From positions 1-37,329 of the IMG/VR virus record IMGVR_UViG_3300048011_000128: a stretch of 37,329 nt of DNA, one strand, 5' to 3'. A program made the translations under genes and the position numbers. The notes under the pieces are model-generated. The model was not told the DNA's origin and did not search any database. It saw only the letters and a program-made list of their open reading frames with translations. This document shows, one piece after another, positions 26,533-34,484 of the stretch. Within the stretch, counting starts at the first letter, position 1. Each line of letters opens with the position of its first letter. Source of the stretch: a virus. Lineage: Duplodnaviria > Caudoviricetes.

Positions 26533-28160
26533 TAATACTCTCCATATTTTTCTGACAGAGTAAAGCTATCTGTATTGAAAGTCAACTGACCTGCATATCC
26601 TGTCGGGCCAACTGGTCTGTTCTTTGTGACGAGAAGTTTGGTTGTATTTCTTTCATCAATATCTTCTGACATTTTGTTACGTTGTAGCTCAACAACAACT
26701 GATGCTCTTTGCTCAATCATACGGCAGTACTTAACAGCACCATCATCATTTGTATGCCCAATGGTAACGATACCTACACCTAACTCAGCAGCTAACTTAG
26801 ATAACCTTACAGATAGATCAGCTAGGAATTGTTCTTTGCTTTCATCACCACCCATGTTAGCTGCAATATCTTGGATAGGTTCAAAGAATATATACTGAAC
26901 ACCACATGCTTGTGACAAATACCTGATGTGTCCTAGTATATCTATGGGATCATCCTCATCATTCAAGAAGAACTGGTATAGTCTTTCATCTTTAGTTAGC
27001 TTAACGATAGCATCATGTACTTTCTGTTCAGCACTTGCTTGTGCTATCAAATCCTTACGAGTTAAGTTGTCATTCAATTCGTAAGATACCAACCCTAACA
27101 ATGATCTAAGTTTTGTCTCTTCCATATGCCAAGCTGCAATGCTAATCTCAGGGTGCTTGGTAAGTATGTGGTACTCTAAGTATCTCATGAACTCAGTCTT
27201 ACCTATGCCTGTCTGTGCCTTGAACAATGTGAAGTGACCTTGCATCAACCCCATGCATAAGTCATCATACTCTTGGATACCTGTCTCGACATACACATGG
27301 CTGTCACTGTTGTTATACATCTTAAGGAATTGATCAGATGTATTGATGATATTCTCAGGGGTATACTTCTTAGCATTGAACCATGCATTATAGAATTCAT
27401 TACGTGCACCTGCCTCTAGGAATTCATTAGCATCTTTGTATTTGTCATGCTGTACCCTGTACACTTTGTTAGGGTATAGGTTAGCTATCCTTTGTGCTAC
27501 AGCATTCCCTTGATCATCATGTTCAATCGACAGTATGATCTTCTCGAATGATCCTAACCATTCTGCAGCTTTAGTCCAAAGTTTATTCGATGGTGTAGCT
27601 GATGGTAGTGACACAAATGCTGATGAGTACTTAGTTGAGTTACACATTTGGTATGCTGACATAGCATCTAGTTCACCCTCAGTTATGGTGACAATCTTAC
27701 CTGACCCTGCATTCCAATGGTTCATACCGAATAGTTCATCTGACTTAAGGTTGGTAGCTCTAAATTCTTTTGGAAAAAATCTAGTCTTTATGCCACCTGA
27801 AGGGTATGGGTACTCTTGCTTAACCTCTTTACCATTGCTGTCAAGGTATGTCTTAACACCATAGAACTGCATTGTCTCTCTACTTATTGATCTTACTGAC
27901 CTGTATACTGATGTTAGTATCTCGGTAGGTACAGGTTTAATCTGTGTTTGTTGTGGGTTCATATCCCATCCATCCTTTTGCTCTTGCCCTATTACAGGGT
28001 ATGTTTCTTCTGCCCATTCGAACTTAGTGTCTTTAGTCCTAGGGTAAACTCTTTCGCAGCTATGACACCTGCCTGAACAGCTCTCAGTATTGTAGCTGAA
28101 GGCATCTGTGCTGCCACAGTCCTCATATGGACATTCCTTATGGCTTAACCAATTACTCAT
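26532..28160 (-). CDS. Primase-helicase (T7 gp4-like)
   Basis: Zn finger CPYEDC..CHSC, TOPRIM ITEGELD, KDANE, Walker A AQTGIGKT, KNR..G.TG; start at ATGA overlap. Confidence 0.92.
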   Translation of the reverse strand: MSNWLSHKECPYEDCGSTDAFSYNTESCSGRCHSCERVYPRTKDTKFEWAEETYPVIGQEQKDGWDMNPQQTQIKPVPTEILTSVYRSVRSISRETMQFYGVKTYLDSNGKEVKQEYPYPSGGIKTRFFPKEFRATNLKSDELFGMNHWNAGSGKIVTITEGELDAMSAYQMCNSTKYSSAFVSLPSATPSNKLWTKAAEWLGSFEKIILSIEHDDQGNAVAQRIANLYPNKVYRVQHDKYKDANEFLEAGARNEFYNAWFNAKKYTPENIINTSDQFLKMYNNSDSHVYVETGIQEYDDLCMGLMQGHFTLFKAQTGIGKTEFMRYLEYHILTKHPEISIAAWHMEETKLRSLLGLVSYELNDNLTRKDLIAQASAEQKVHDAIVKLTKDERLYQFFLNDEDDPIDILGHIRYLSQACGVQYIFFEPIQDIAANMGGDESKEQFLADLSVRLSKLAAELGVGIVTIGHTNDDGAVKYCRMIEQRASVVVELQRNKMSEDIDERNTTKLLVTKNRPVGPTGYAGQLTFNTDSFTLSEKYGEY

Positions 28161-28402
28161 AATATGTGATCCCAATAATCTTGTGTAAACATATCTAAGA
28201 TGCACAGTATCTCATTAGATGTCAATGACTTTAAATCTACAGTCTCTCGACTAGCATTATTGTATGCCTCAGTGATAGCAAACTCAGGTGCTCGTTCAAC
28301 TACAAACTCATGGTCATCCCAGTATCCAGAACCATCGTCCCATACCTCACCAAATACTTCGAGTTCTTGCTTGCCTCTACTTATGTATGTTACGTATTCC
28401 AT
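28157..28402 (-). CDS. Acidic hypothetical protein
   Basis: 81 aa, GAGGG RBS, coupled to the primase. Confidence 0.6.
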   Translation of the reverse strand: MEYVTYISRGKQELEVFGEVWDDGSGYWDDHEFVVERAPEFAITEAYNNASRETVDLKSLTSNEILCILDMFTQDYWDHIL

Positions 28403-28477
28403 TTAATTTATTTTCCCTCTTGACAGATTAAATAATGTTGATACCCTAGGGCTTGTCCCTGACAAGGGTTCTATAGG

Positions 28478-28633
28478 TTAATTACGGTATGCCTTACCAC
28501 CATTAGTTAAAGATATAAGATACTCTTTATTCTCTTGCTTCTCATGGTCAGATATTTCTTTATCCAACCAATCAGCATCGTCTATCTCTTTGATTAATTC
28601 ATTATGGTATCTATGTAATGGTTTAGCTTTCAT
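28478..28633 (-). CDS. Small early hypothetical protein
   Basis: MKAKPLHRYH..., preceded by GAGGA. Confidence 0.5.
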   Translation of the reverse strand: MKAKPLHRYHNELIKEIDDADWLDKEISDHEKQENKEYLISLTNGGKAYRN

Positions 28634-28781
28634 CGTAGTCCTCTTCCCAACTCTTAACGTGAACAATACCCTTCACCTTATCTAGTGACGAACTCACGTA
28701 GGCTTCTAACGTAGACCTGTTGTAGCTGCAATAGGTTTGTATTAGCTTACCTGATTTGTCATATGTCTTAACTCTATACAT
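28623..28781 (-). CDS. Small early hypothetical protein (52 aa, not in track)
   Basis: MYRVKTYDKSGKLIQTYCSYNRSTLEAYVSSSLDKVKGIVHVKSWEEDYDES; AAGGGA RBS; fills the gap between neighbours. Confidence 0.55.
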   Translation of the reverse strand: MYRVKTYDKSGKLIQTYCSYNRSTLEAYVSSSLDKVKGIVHVKSWEEDYDES

Positions 28782-29013
28782 TTAGTAATTCCCTTTCATC
28801 TGTATACAAATCCATATAGTCTAGTCGTTTGCTGTCAACATAACCATAATCTATAGCATACTCGTACACTTTGCCATCGTCTAGCTCTATGTATAACGTA
28901 CCCCATTTGTCATAGACGTGCCGTATGTCTTCACCTGTCTTGCCCTCTGGCAATTCTATCTCAGCAAATGCAGCAACTGTATAGCACCCTTCTAAACTTA
29001 TCTTATTACTCAT
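28774..29013 (-). CDS. Small acidic early protein
   Basis: MSNKISLEG..., GGGAG RBS. Confidence 0.55.
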   Translation of the reverse strand: MSNKISLEGCYTVAAFAEIELPEGKTGEDIRHVYDKWGTLYIELDDGKVYEYAIDYGYVDSKRLDYMDLYTDERELLNV

Positions 29014-29171
29014 TTTATTAACTCCCATACTGTATTGATTGTAAAACTAAACGTAAACATAACACCAACAAATGCAAATCCTAATACAAAATATACTAAG
29101 GCTGTCATTAATTTATCTTTACGTTCCTCATCTCTTTTATGTTTATCTACATCAAAATATCCATTACTCAT
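29010..29171 (-). CDS. Small single-TM early protein
   Basis: MSNGYFDV... with TM segment LVYFVLGFAFVGVMF. Confidence 0.5.
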   Translation of the reverse strand: MSNGYFDVDKHKRDEERKDKLMTALVYFVLGFAFVGVMFTFSFTINTVWELIK

Positions 29172-29371
29172 TTTGCTACCCTTTCTTTTACCCAAAGTCT
29201 TTTGAGTTTGTTTTGTTTACCACCCTTAGCACCTGTAACCTGTCTATTCTTTTGTTGTGTCCATTGGTCACCCTCTTTATAATTACGCATGTTAAAAACT
29301 TCACGCATTCTTTTATTCTCTTGCTTGCATACCGTTTCATGGGCAAGCCTTAGTCTATCTTGAACATCCAT
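29168..29371 (-). CDS. Small basic early protein
   Basis: 67 aa, AAGGA RBS, GAKGG motif. Confidence 0.55.
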   Translation of the reverse strand: MDVQDRLRLAHETVCKQENKRMREVFNMRNYKEGDQWTQQKNRQVTGAKGGKQNKLKRLWVKERVAK

Positions 29372-29557
29372 TTATTTATTTTCCTTTTCCAATTGTATTT
29401 CCACAGTATTAACTCTATATCCACACGTCAAACATTTTTTACGGCGTTTAGTTGACGGGTAGCCAAGTTTAAAATATTCCCTTGTATCAATTATTTTTAG
29501 CTTAAGCCTATAGCCTTTACTCAGGCACTCAGGACAACAGCTTATAGATTTATTCAT
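29372..29557 (-). CDS. NrdR N-terminal-like zinc-ribbon protein
   Basis: CPEC...IIDTR...KRRKKCLTCGYRVNTVE resembles NrdR CPxC..VIDSR..RRRRECxxCxxRFTTxE; no ATP cone. Confidence 0.7.
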   Translation of the reverse strand: MNKSISCCPECLSKGYRLKLKIIDTREYFKLGYPSTKRRKKCLTCGYRVNTVEIQLEKENK

Positions 29558-29723
29558 CTTCCTGTATCCTATCTCTTAATTCATTTGACAAAGTTTTGCA
29601 TAGCTCTGCGATCCTGTAGAGTTCTTTCTCAATGTCAGCTTGCGTTTCAAAGTTACATGAAACAATTTCTAAACATGATATTTCTATATCTGTTAAATTC
29701 ATTATTATATCTTTGTTAATCAT
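29550..29723 (-). CDS. Small early hypothetical protein (57 aa, not in track)
   Basis: MINKDIIMNLTDIEISCLEIVSCNFETQADIEKELYRIAELCKTLSNELRDRIQEDE; starts just after the MTase stop. Confidence 0.5.
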   Translation of the reverse strand: MINKDIIMNLTDIEISCLEIVSCNFETQADIEKELYRIAELCKTLSNELRDRIQEDE

Positions 29724-29724
29724 T

Positions 29725-30492
29725 TTATTTTATCCCTTTCAATATAAATTCTATTACTGGTATAGTCCAACCGTTGCCAATCATTTTGTATCTCTGGCAA
29801 TTACTAACACCACTAGTATAACCTTGTGGTATACCTTGCAATGCTTCACAATTGTTAGGTGTTAGCTTATCTTTTTTGTTCTCAGATTTTAAAGGTACAT
29901 TGTGACCACCTGTACCCATGTTAGCCGTTAAACAAGGTGACACCCCAGATTTATTCTTTCTGTAGTACGTCCTACGCCATTGATAAAAGTTACCTTGCCA
30001 ATCAGGCCTATCAGGTAATTCACCCAGTGGAATATTAGTCCAATAATATCTTTTTCTATTCTGCTGCACAAATCTATCAGAATTTATCATGATAGGTTTC
30101 ACCCCTAGTTGTTCAGATATTATATCTAAACTTTCTTTATTCATGCTTACGTTTTCCAATAAAAAATACTTAGGTTTTAATTCCTTTAGTAGCTTAACAT
30201 ATTCAAAGAATAACTTTGACCTTGGATCATCAAAGTTTAATTCTTTACCACCATTAGCACGACTAAACCCTTGGCATGGACTACCACCTATCAATAAATC
30301 TATATGTGACAAATTTGCTGCACAAACTTTTGTGACATCTCCGACATCAATTGTATCAGGAAAGTTTTTATTTCTTACCTTGATCGCATATTTATCTATT
30401 TCACTTGCATAATATTTATTAGGTTTAATACCGATATTATTTAAGGCAATTTGCCCACAAGATAGACCATCAAATAAACTTAATACATTCAT
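29725..30492 (-). CDS. Orphan C5-cytosine DNA methyltransferase
   Basis: Motif I LSLFDG, IV GGSPCQ, VI LENV, VIII QNRKR, X IGNGW. Confidence 0.92.
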   Translation of the reverse strand: MNVLSLFDGLSCGQIALNNIGIKPNKYYASEIDKYAIKVRNKNFPDTIDVGDVTKVCAANLSHIDLLIGGSPCQGFSRANGGKELNFDDPRSKLFFEYVKLLKELKPKYFLLENVSMNKESLDIISEQLGVKPIMINSDRFVQQNRKRYYWTNIPLGELPDRPDWQGNFYQWRRTYYRKNKSGVSPCLTANMGTGGHNVPLKSENKKDKLTPNNCEALQGIPQGYTSGVSNCQRYKMIGNGWTIPVIEFILKGIK

Positions 30493-30570
30493 TTTATTTT
30501 CTTCTTTCTGTTTAGGTTTTAGTATTATTTAGTGTCACTCGTTAGGAATGACACCAATAATAATAAAGCT

Positions 30571-31197
30571 TTAATATTTCTTTACCATCTCAACAATAGT
30601 ATCTACACCATTGTCTAGAGTGTAACATAGTCTACAGTCTTTACACTTTTGACCAGTACAATTTTGCAATTCTTTATGTTCATGTTCTAGTACATTGTTA
30701 AAGGTTCTATCAAAATGCTTAGGCGGTTTTGCCATAACAGTACCAACCTTTTGATTTGAGTATACTAGAATAAAGTTTTTAGGTTTGTCTCTATTCTTAA
30801 AGTATTTGACAATTAAATCATTGCGTTTAGTCCACAATGCAAAGTTACAATGCGGATTTTTCTTTGCAATCCTTACTAAGTTTTCTAAATGTGTAAGGTT
30901 TATTAGTTCCCCGTGTGCATTGAACCGAAAGAATGCGTCGAGAATTGTAGGTAACAAATCCATATCAAAAACCCTATTAGCTAACGCCTCTGAATTCCTT
31001 TGTAATGCTGGTTGCATATTCTTACGATAGCTTTTCAACATTGTATGTGAATAACAAACGGTACAAATATTATCTTTTCTAGTAGATGCATTCTGTTTAA
31101 TACAATATTCGTTTGTCATTGTATTAGTTGAGATAGCTTTAAAGCCGTCTAATTTACCTGTCATTTTAGATATATGAACTAATGGGAAGTTTGGCAT
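30571..31197 (-). CDS. GP88-like Cys-rich (radical-SAM-like fold) protein
   Basis: C..C..CY cluster, FRFNAHGE, LWTK, and C-terminal C....C..C..CY. Confidence 0.55.
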   Translation of the reverse strand: MPNFPLVHISKMTGKLDGFKAISTNTMTNEYCIKQNASTRKDNICTVCYSHTMLKSYRKNMQPALQRNSEALANRVFDMDLLPTILDAFFRFNAHGELINLTHLENLVRIAKKNPHCNFALWTKRNDLIVKYFKNRDKPKNFILVYSNQKVGTVMAKPPKHFDRTFNNVLEHEHKELQNCTGQKCKDCRLCYTLDNGVDTIVEMVKKY

Positions 31198-31230
31198 ATC
31201 TTTTTCTCTTTCTGTTTAAGTTATGACACA

Positions 31231-31260
31231 AAGATAAACCTAAGGAATTAAAACTGTCAA
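31231..31260 (-). promoter_or_regulatory. sigma70-like early promoter
   Basis: TTGACA-N18-TATCTT with an AT-rich upstream region. Confidence 0.6.
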
Positions 31261-31608
31261 TAGGTAAAATGAAATAAATATAAAGATTATTTAATGACCA
31301 GTAAAAGAATTAATATTGTTGTTATAATATAACCGTATAAACCAAACGTGTCCTAATGGATTAAACATTGTATTTGTCATAGATAACAAAGGGATAGAAC
31401 AAAGGTGTAATGCTATGGTGTATTTCCCTTATGATAAATCTTATACCATTGATGCATATTTGTCACAGATTATACAAAAGTAAATACATTCAGTTGACAG
31501 GGGTCATAATCTTATCGTAATATCTAGAGGGTGACACAGGGGTGCACGGGGTATCCTGTTGTATGTACAATGCACCTCAAGATTTTCTATATATTTTCCT
31601 AGGCATGC

Positions 31609-31649
31609 AAAAAAGAAACCCACCAAAGGGATTAAACCTAAGGTGGGCT
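31609..31649 (-). terminator. Intrinsic terminator ending the candidate ncRNA
   Basis: Minus strand GCCCACC-tt-AGG-tttaatc-CCT-tt-GGTGGGT-TTCTTTTTT. Confidence 0.75.
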
Positions 31650-31815
31650 ACAAAGAGATAGAATCTGAACGTGTCCTTATGTTACTACACAATGGTGGTA
31701 TGGCTTACCGTAATGTACCTTGCGTAGACTACCAAGCATAAGGATACATTAGAGTAATGGATTATACCTTGAGTATATAAGGAGTATACATATATAGGCT
31801 GCCTCCGCAGCTATA
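31609..31815 (-). ncRNA. Candidate structured small RNA (~200 nt)
   Basis: Perfect promoter upstream, terminator downstream, nested long stems, no long ORF on this strand. Confidence 0.55.
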
Positions 31816-31820
31816 ATGGA

Positions 31821-31849
31821 ATTATACATACAATTAGCAACTGTGTCAA
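31821..31849 (-). promoter_or_regulatory. Consensus sigma70 promoter
   Basis: TTGACA-cagttgctaattgtatg(17)-TATAAT. Confidence 0.85.
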
Positions 31850-31898
31850 TACAATATTGCATATTTTTAAGAATAACTAAAAATAATTATTTTAGGTG

Positions 31899-31928
31899 TT
31901 GACAAATATATCACACCCGTGGTATACT
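31899..31928 (+). promoter_or_regulatory. sigma70 promoter of the structural arm
   Basis: TTGACA-N18-TATACT with TG upstream of the -10 and an AT-rich UP region. Confidence 0.7.
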
Positions 31929-31935
31929 AACATTT

Positions 31936-32463
31936 ATGATGTACCAATATGAAAACTTTAAGGGATCTAACGGTAAGACAAAGACTAAAAGTTTGTTTTA
32001 TGAGTTATGTTATTCCGATACAGAAGATGCTATCTTTACCTTAAAGGATAGGGACTTAGAAGCTCACGGCAAGATGTACTTGTCATTACAGAAGCTATAC
32101 TTACAGTTAGCACCCTCAGACCCAACAGAGTATGAATTTGCTCAGACAGTCTTTGGTTCATGGGATATATGGAAGACTGTGTCATCCTCAGCTAACATTA
32201 AAGTCCATGTAGCCAGATGGAGAAGTGAAGTTGAGGTTAAGGTCAAGTCAGAGGCTATCAAGGCAATAGCTGAAGAGATGAAGACAAAAGGCAGAAGTTC
32301 CTTCAGTGCAGCTAAACTCCTGTTAGACAAAGGGTGGTTAGATAAAGAGAACGCCTCACAAGCTAAACAGAAGTTAAAAGCTAAAGAAGACGAAGACCAG
32401 AACAAACAAGCTTTGTCACATCTAACCGAAGATGCTGAACGATTAGGGATTAAGGTAAACTAA
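31936..32463 (+). CDS. Phage protein, possible terminase small subunit
   Basis: 175 aa, helical (TKSLFYE, DPTEYEFA, SFSAAKLL..KGW), first gene of the + arm. The TerS call is inference only. Confidence 0.45.
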   Translation: MMYQYENFKGSNGKTKTKSLFYELCYSDTEDAIFTLKDRDLEAHGKMYLSLQKLYLQLAPSDPTEYEFAQTVFGSWDIWKTVSSSANIKVHVARWRSEVEVKVKSEAIKAIAEEMKTKGRSSFSAAKLLLDKGWLDKENASQAKQKLKAKEDEDQNKQALSHLTEDAERLGIKVN

Positions 32464-32753
32464 TGGCTAAGAAACCAGACATAACAACCATAGCATCAGG
32501 GTATGCATCCAACACCACATTGAATGCTAACTTCGAGTCACTTCGTACAGGCTTCGATAATGTAATATCTTTGGATGGTAGTACACCTAACGCCATGCAA
32601 GCTGACTTTGATTTAAACGGTAATGACATACTCAACGCAGGTAACATCTTTGTAGATGGTGTCAATCTTTTAAATCTCTTAGATAATGTTACAGTTAGTG
32701 TCTACGCACCCAGTGGTGGTAATGATGGTGACGTATGGTTCAAAGTAAGTTAA
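32463..32753 (+). CDS. Short tail-fibre anchor/adaptor
   Basis: LNANF...DN..SLDG..PNAM.AD.DLNGNDILN resembles a fibre N-terminal anchor; ends in APSGGNDGDVW. Confidence 0.55.
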   Translation: MAKKPDITTIASGYASNTTLNANFESLRTGFDNVISLDGSTPNAMQADFDLNGNDILNAGNIFVDGVNLLNLLDNVTVSVYAPSGGNDGDVWFKVS

Positions 32754-32780
32754 TAAATATTTAAAGAGGAATAAAACAAA

Positions 32781-33173
32781 ATGGCAGCCCTTTCAGATTA
32801 TTCGGAGAAACTGATCCTAGATTACCTGATGACAACAGGTAGTGCAACACGTCCTACAAATTGGTATGTAGCTTTATATACAGCAGCACCAAGTGATTCA
32901 GGTGGTGGTACTGAGCTATCAGGTAGTGGTTATGGTCGTGAGGCTGTAACATTCGCAGCTGCAACCTCAGGTGCTGGCACAACGTCTAACTCAGGTGCTG
33001 TTGTCTTCACAGCTGACGGTGGGGATTGGGGTTCAGTTACTCACATGGGTATCCATGATGCAACATCAGGTGGTAATCTACTATGGCACGGAGCTTTAGC
33101 AGCAGCTAAGACAGTACTAGATGGTGACAGCTTAGAGTTCGCAGTTGGTAATATTGATCTAACTGTAGCATAA
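32781..33173 (+). CDS. Minor tail/fibre structural protein
   Basis: YVALYTAAP, Y.R..V.F, WG.VTH.GIHDA..GGNLL family motifs. Confidence 0.65.
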   Translation: MAALSDYSEKLILDYLMTTGSATRPTNWYVALYTAAPSDSGGGTELSGSGYGREAVTFAAATSGAGTTSNSGAVVFTADGGDWGSVTHMGIHDATSGGNLLWHGALAAAKTVLDGDSLEFAVGNIDLTVA

Positions 33174-33189
33174 AAGGGAACATACCCCA

Positions 33190-33921
33190 GTGGCTCAAGG
33201 TTATCGTATTACAGAGAGTGGTGACTTACGGGTCACCGAACAGTCAGACTCAAGGGTATCTGAACGATACTTCACAGGGTCAATATCACTCTCAGGTTCA
33301 GGTAGCCTAGCACCAACAGGAAGCAGAAAGCAACAGGTATCAGCAAGCCTATCTAATGTTGGTAGTGTACTTTACGCAGGGACAGTAACAAGACCAGCCT
33401 CTGTCAGTGCAACAGCAACAGGTTCAATAACCTCAAGTGCAGTCCTGATTAAGAATGCTGAGATAGATCTACAAGGAGTAGGCACACAGCAAGCACAAGG
33501 TGCAAGAACAACCCAAGTTGAAGTAGCTTTAAGTTCTACCAGCACCAATGTGTCAGAAGCTAAACGCATCAAGAATGCTAACTTCGCAGCTAACGCATCA
33601 GGATCTTTAGCTAACGTTGTCAACCTAAGACTATCAGCAAGGTTTGAGTCACCAGAAGATAACATCATAAGGTTAAGTGAACTAGGTGACACAAGGATAA
33701 CTGAAGATGGTAATGTAAGGGTTGCCAGTGATGCATCTCCTAACAGTGTATACGGTACGATCAATGCTGACGGATTAGTAAGACCATTCGCAGCTGTAGC
33801 ATACATCAAAGAGAATGGTATCTGGAAAGAGTTTGACCCATATGTTAAATGGGGTGGTGATTGGACCTTACCTGAAAAGGTCTACAAGAATGTTTCAAAT
33901 AGATGGAAGAGGGTCTACTAA
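33190..33921 (+). CDS. Extended repeat-rich structural protein
   Basis: GTG start; S/A/T/G-rich repeats flanked by RITExGD-type repeats. Confidence 0.55.
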   Translation: MAQGYRITESGDLRVTEQSDSRVSERYFTGSISLSGSGSLAPTGSRKQQVSASLSNVGSVLYAGTVTRPASVSATATGSITSSAVLIKNAEIDLQGVGTQQAQGARTTQVEVALSSTSTNVSEAKRIKNANFAANASGSLANVVNLRLSARFESPEDNIIRLSELGDTRITEDGNVRVASDASPNSVYGTINADGLVRPFAAVAYIKENGIWKEFDPYVKWGGDWTLPEKVYKNVSNRWKRVY

Positions 33922-34164
33922 ATGGCTAACATTAAAATATCCGAGTTACCAGCAGCAAGTGCAGGTACAGGTACTCAAGAGTTCGAGATTAATGATGGTG
34001 GTACATCCCGTAAGTTGACAGGTGCTCAACTCTTAACTTACCTAGCAGGTAACCATACGCATACACTTTCAGATATAACCGATGCTGGTACGGCTGCAGC
34101 ATCTGCTACTACTGACTTCGAAGCAGCTGGCACATCAGTAGCATTAGCAATAGCATTAGGATAA
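33922..34164 (+). CDS. Small fibre-associated protein
   Basis: N-terminal KISELP, HTHTLSDITD repeat, C-terminal ALAIALG. Confidence 0.6.
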   Translation: MANIKISELPAASAGTGTQEFEINDGGTSRKLTGAQLLTYLAGNHTHTLSDITDAGTAAASATTDFEAAGTSVALAIALG

Positions 34165-34171
34165 AAGAACA

Positions 34172-34483
34172 ATGGCAAACATATTTAAGAATTATACAGT
34201 ATCATGTACTGACACATCAGAAACAACAGCATACACAGTTCCAGCTGCAACAACAGCAGTTGTCATCGGGTGTAACGTAGCTAACACAGGGGCTGCATCC
34301 TTGACGATAGACGTTAAGGTAGCAGGTAAGTTCCTTATCAAAGGAGCACCAGTTCCTGTAGGATCAGCCTTATCAGTCTTAGACGGTAAGATCATAGGAG
34401 AAGCAACTGACACAGTAACTGTCACCTCTTCAGATGCAAGTGGTGATGTTGACGTTATAGTGAGTGTATTGGAGCAAACATAA
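34172..34483 (+). CDS. Small beta-sandwich tail protein
   Basis: MAN.FKN...YTVP..TTAVVIG.NVAN...VSVLEQT, a pattern recalled after ALAIALG-ending genes in marine phages. Confidence 0.6.
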   Translation: MANIFKNYTVSCTDTSETTAYTVPAATTAVVIGCNVANTGAASLTIDVKVAGKFLIKGAPVPVGSALSVLDGKIIGEATDTVTVTSSDASGDVDVIVSVLEQT

Positions 34484-34484
34484 T

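Noticed and set aside
31559-31741. 60-aa + strand ORF
   Set aside because: TTG start, weak RBS, and it runs through terminator and stem structures. More likely the antisense of the candidate RNA, though a sense/antisense pair cannot be excluded.
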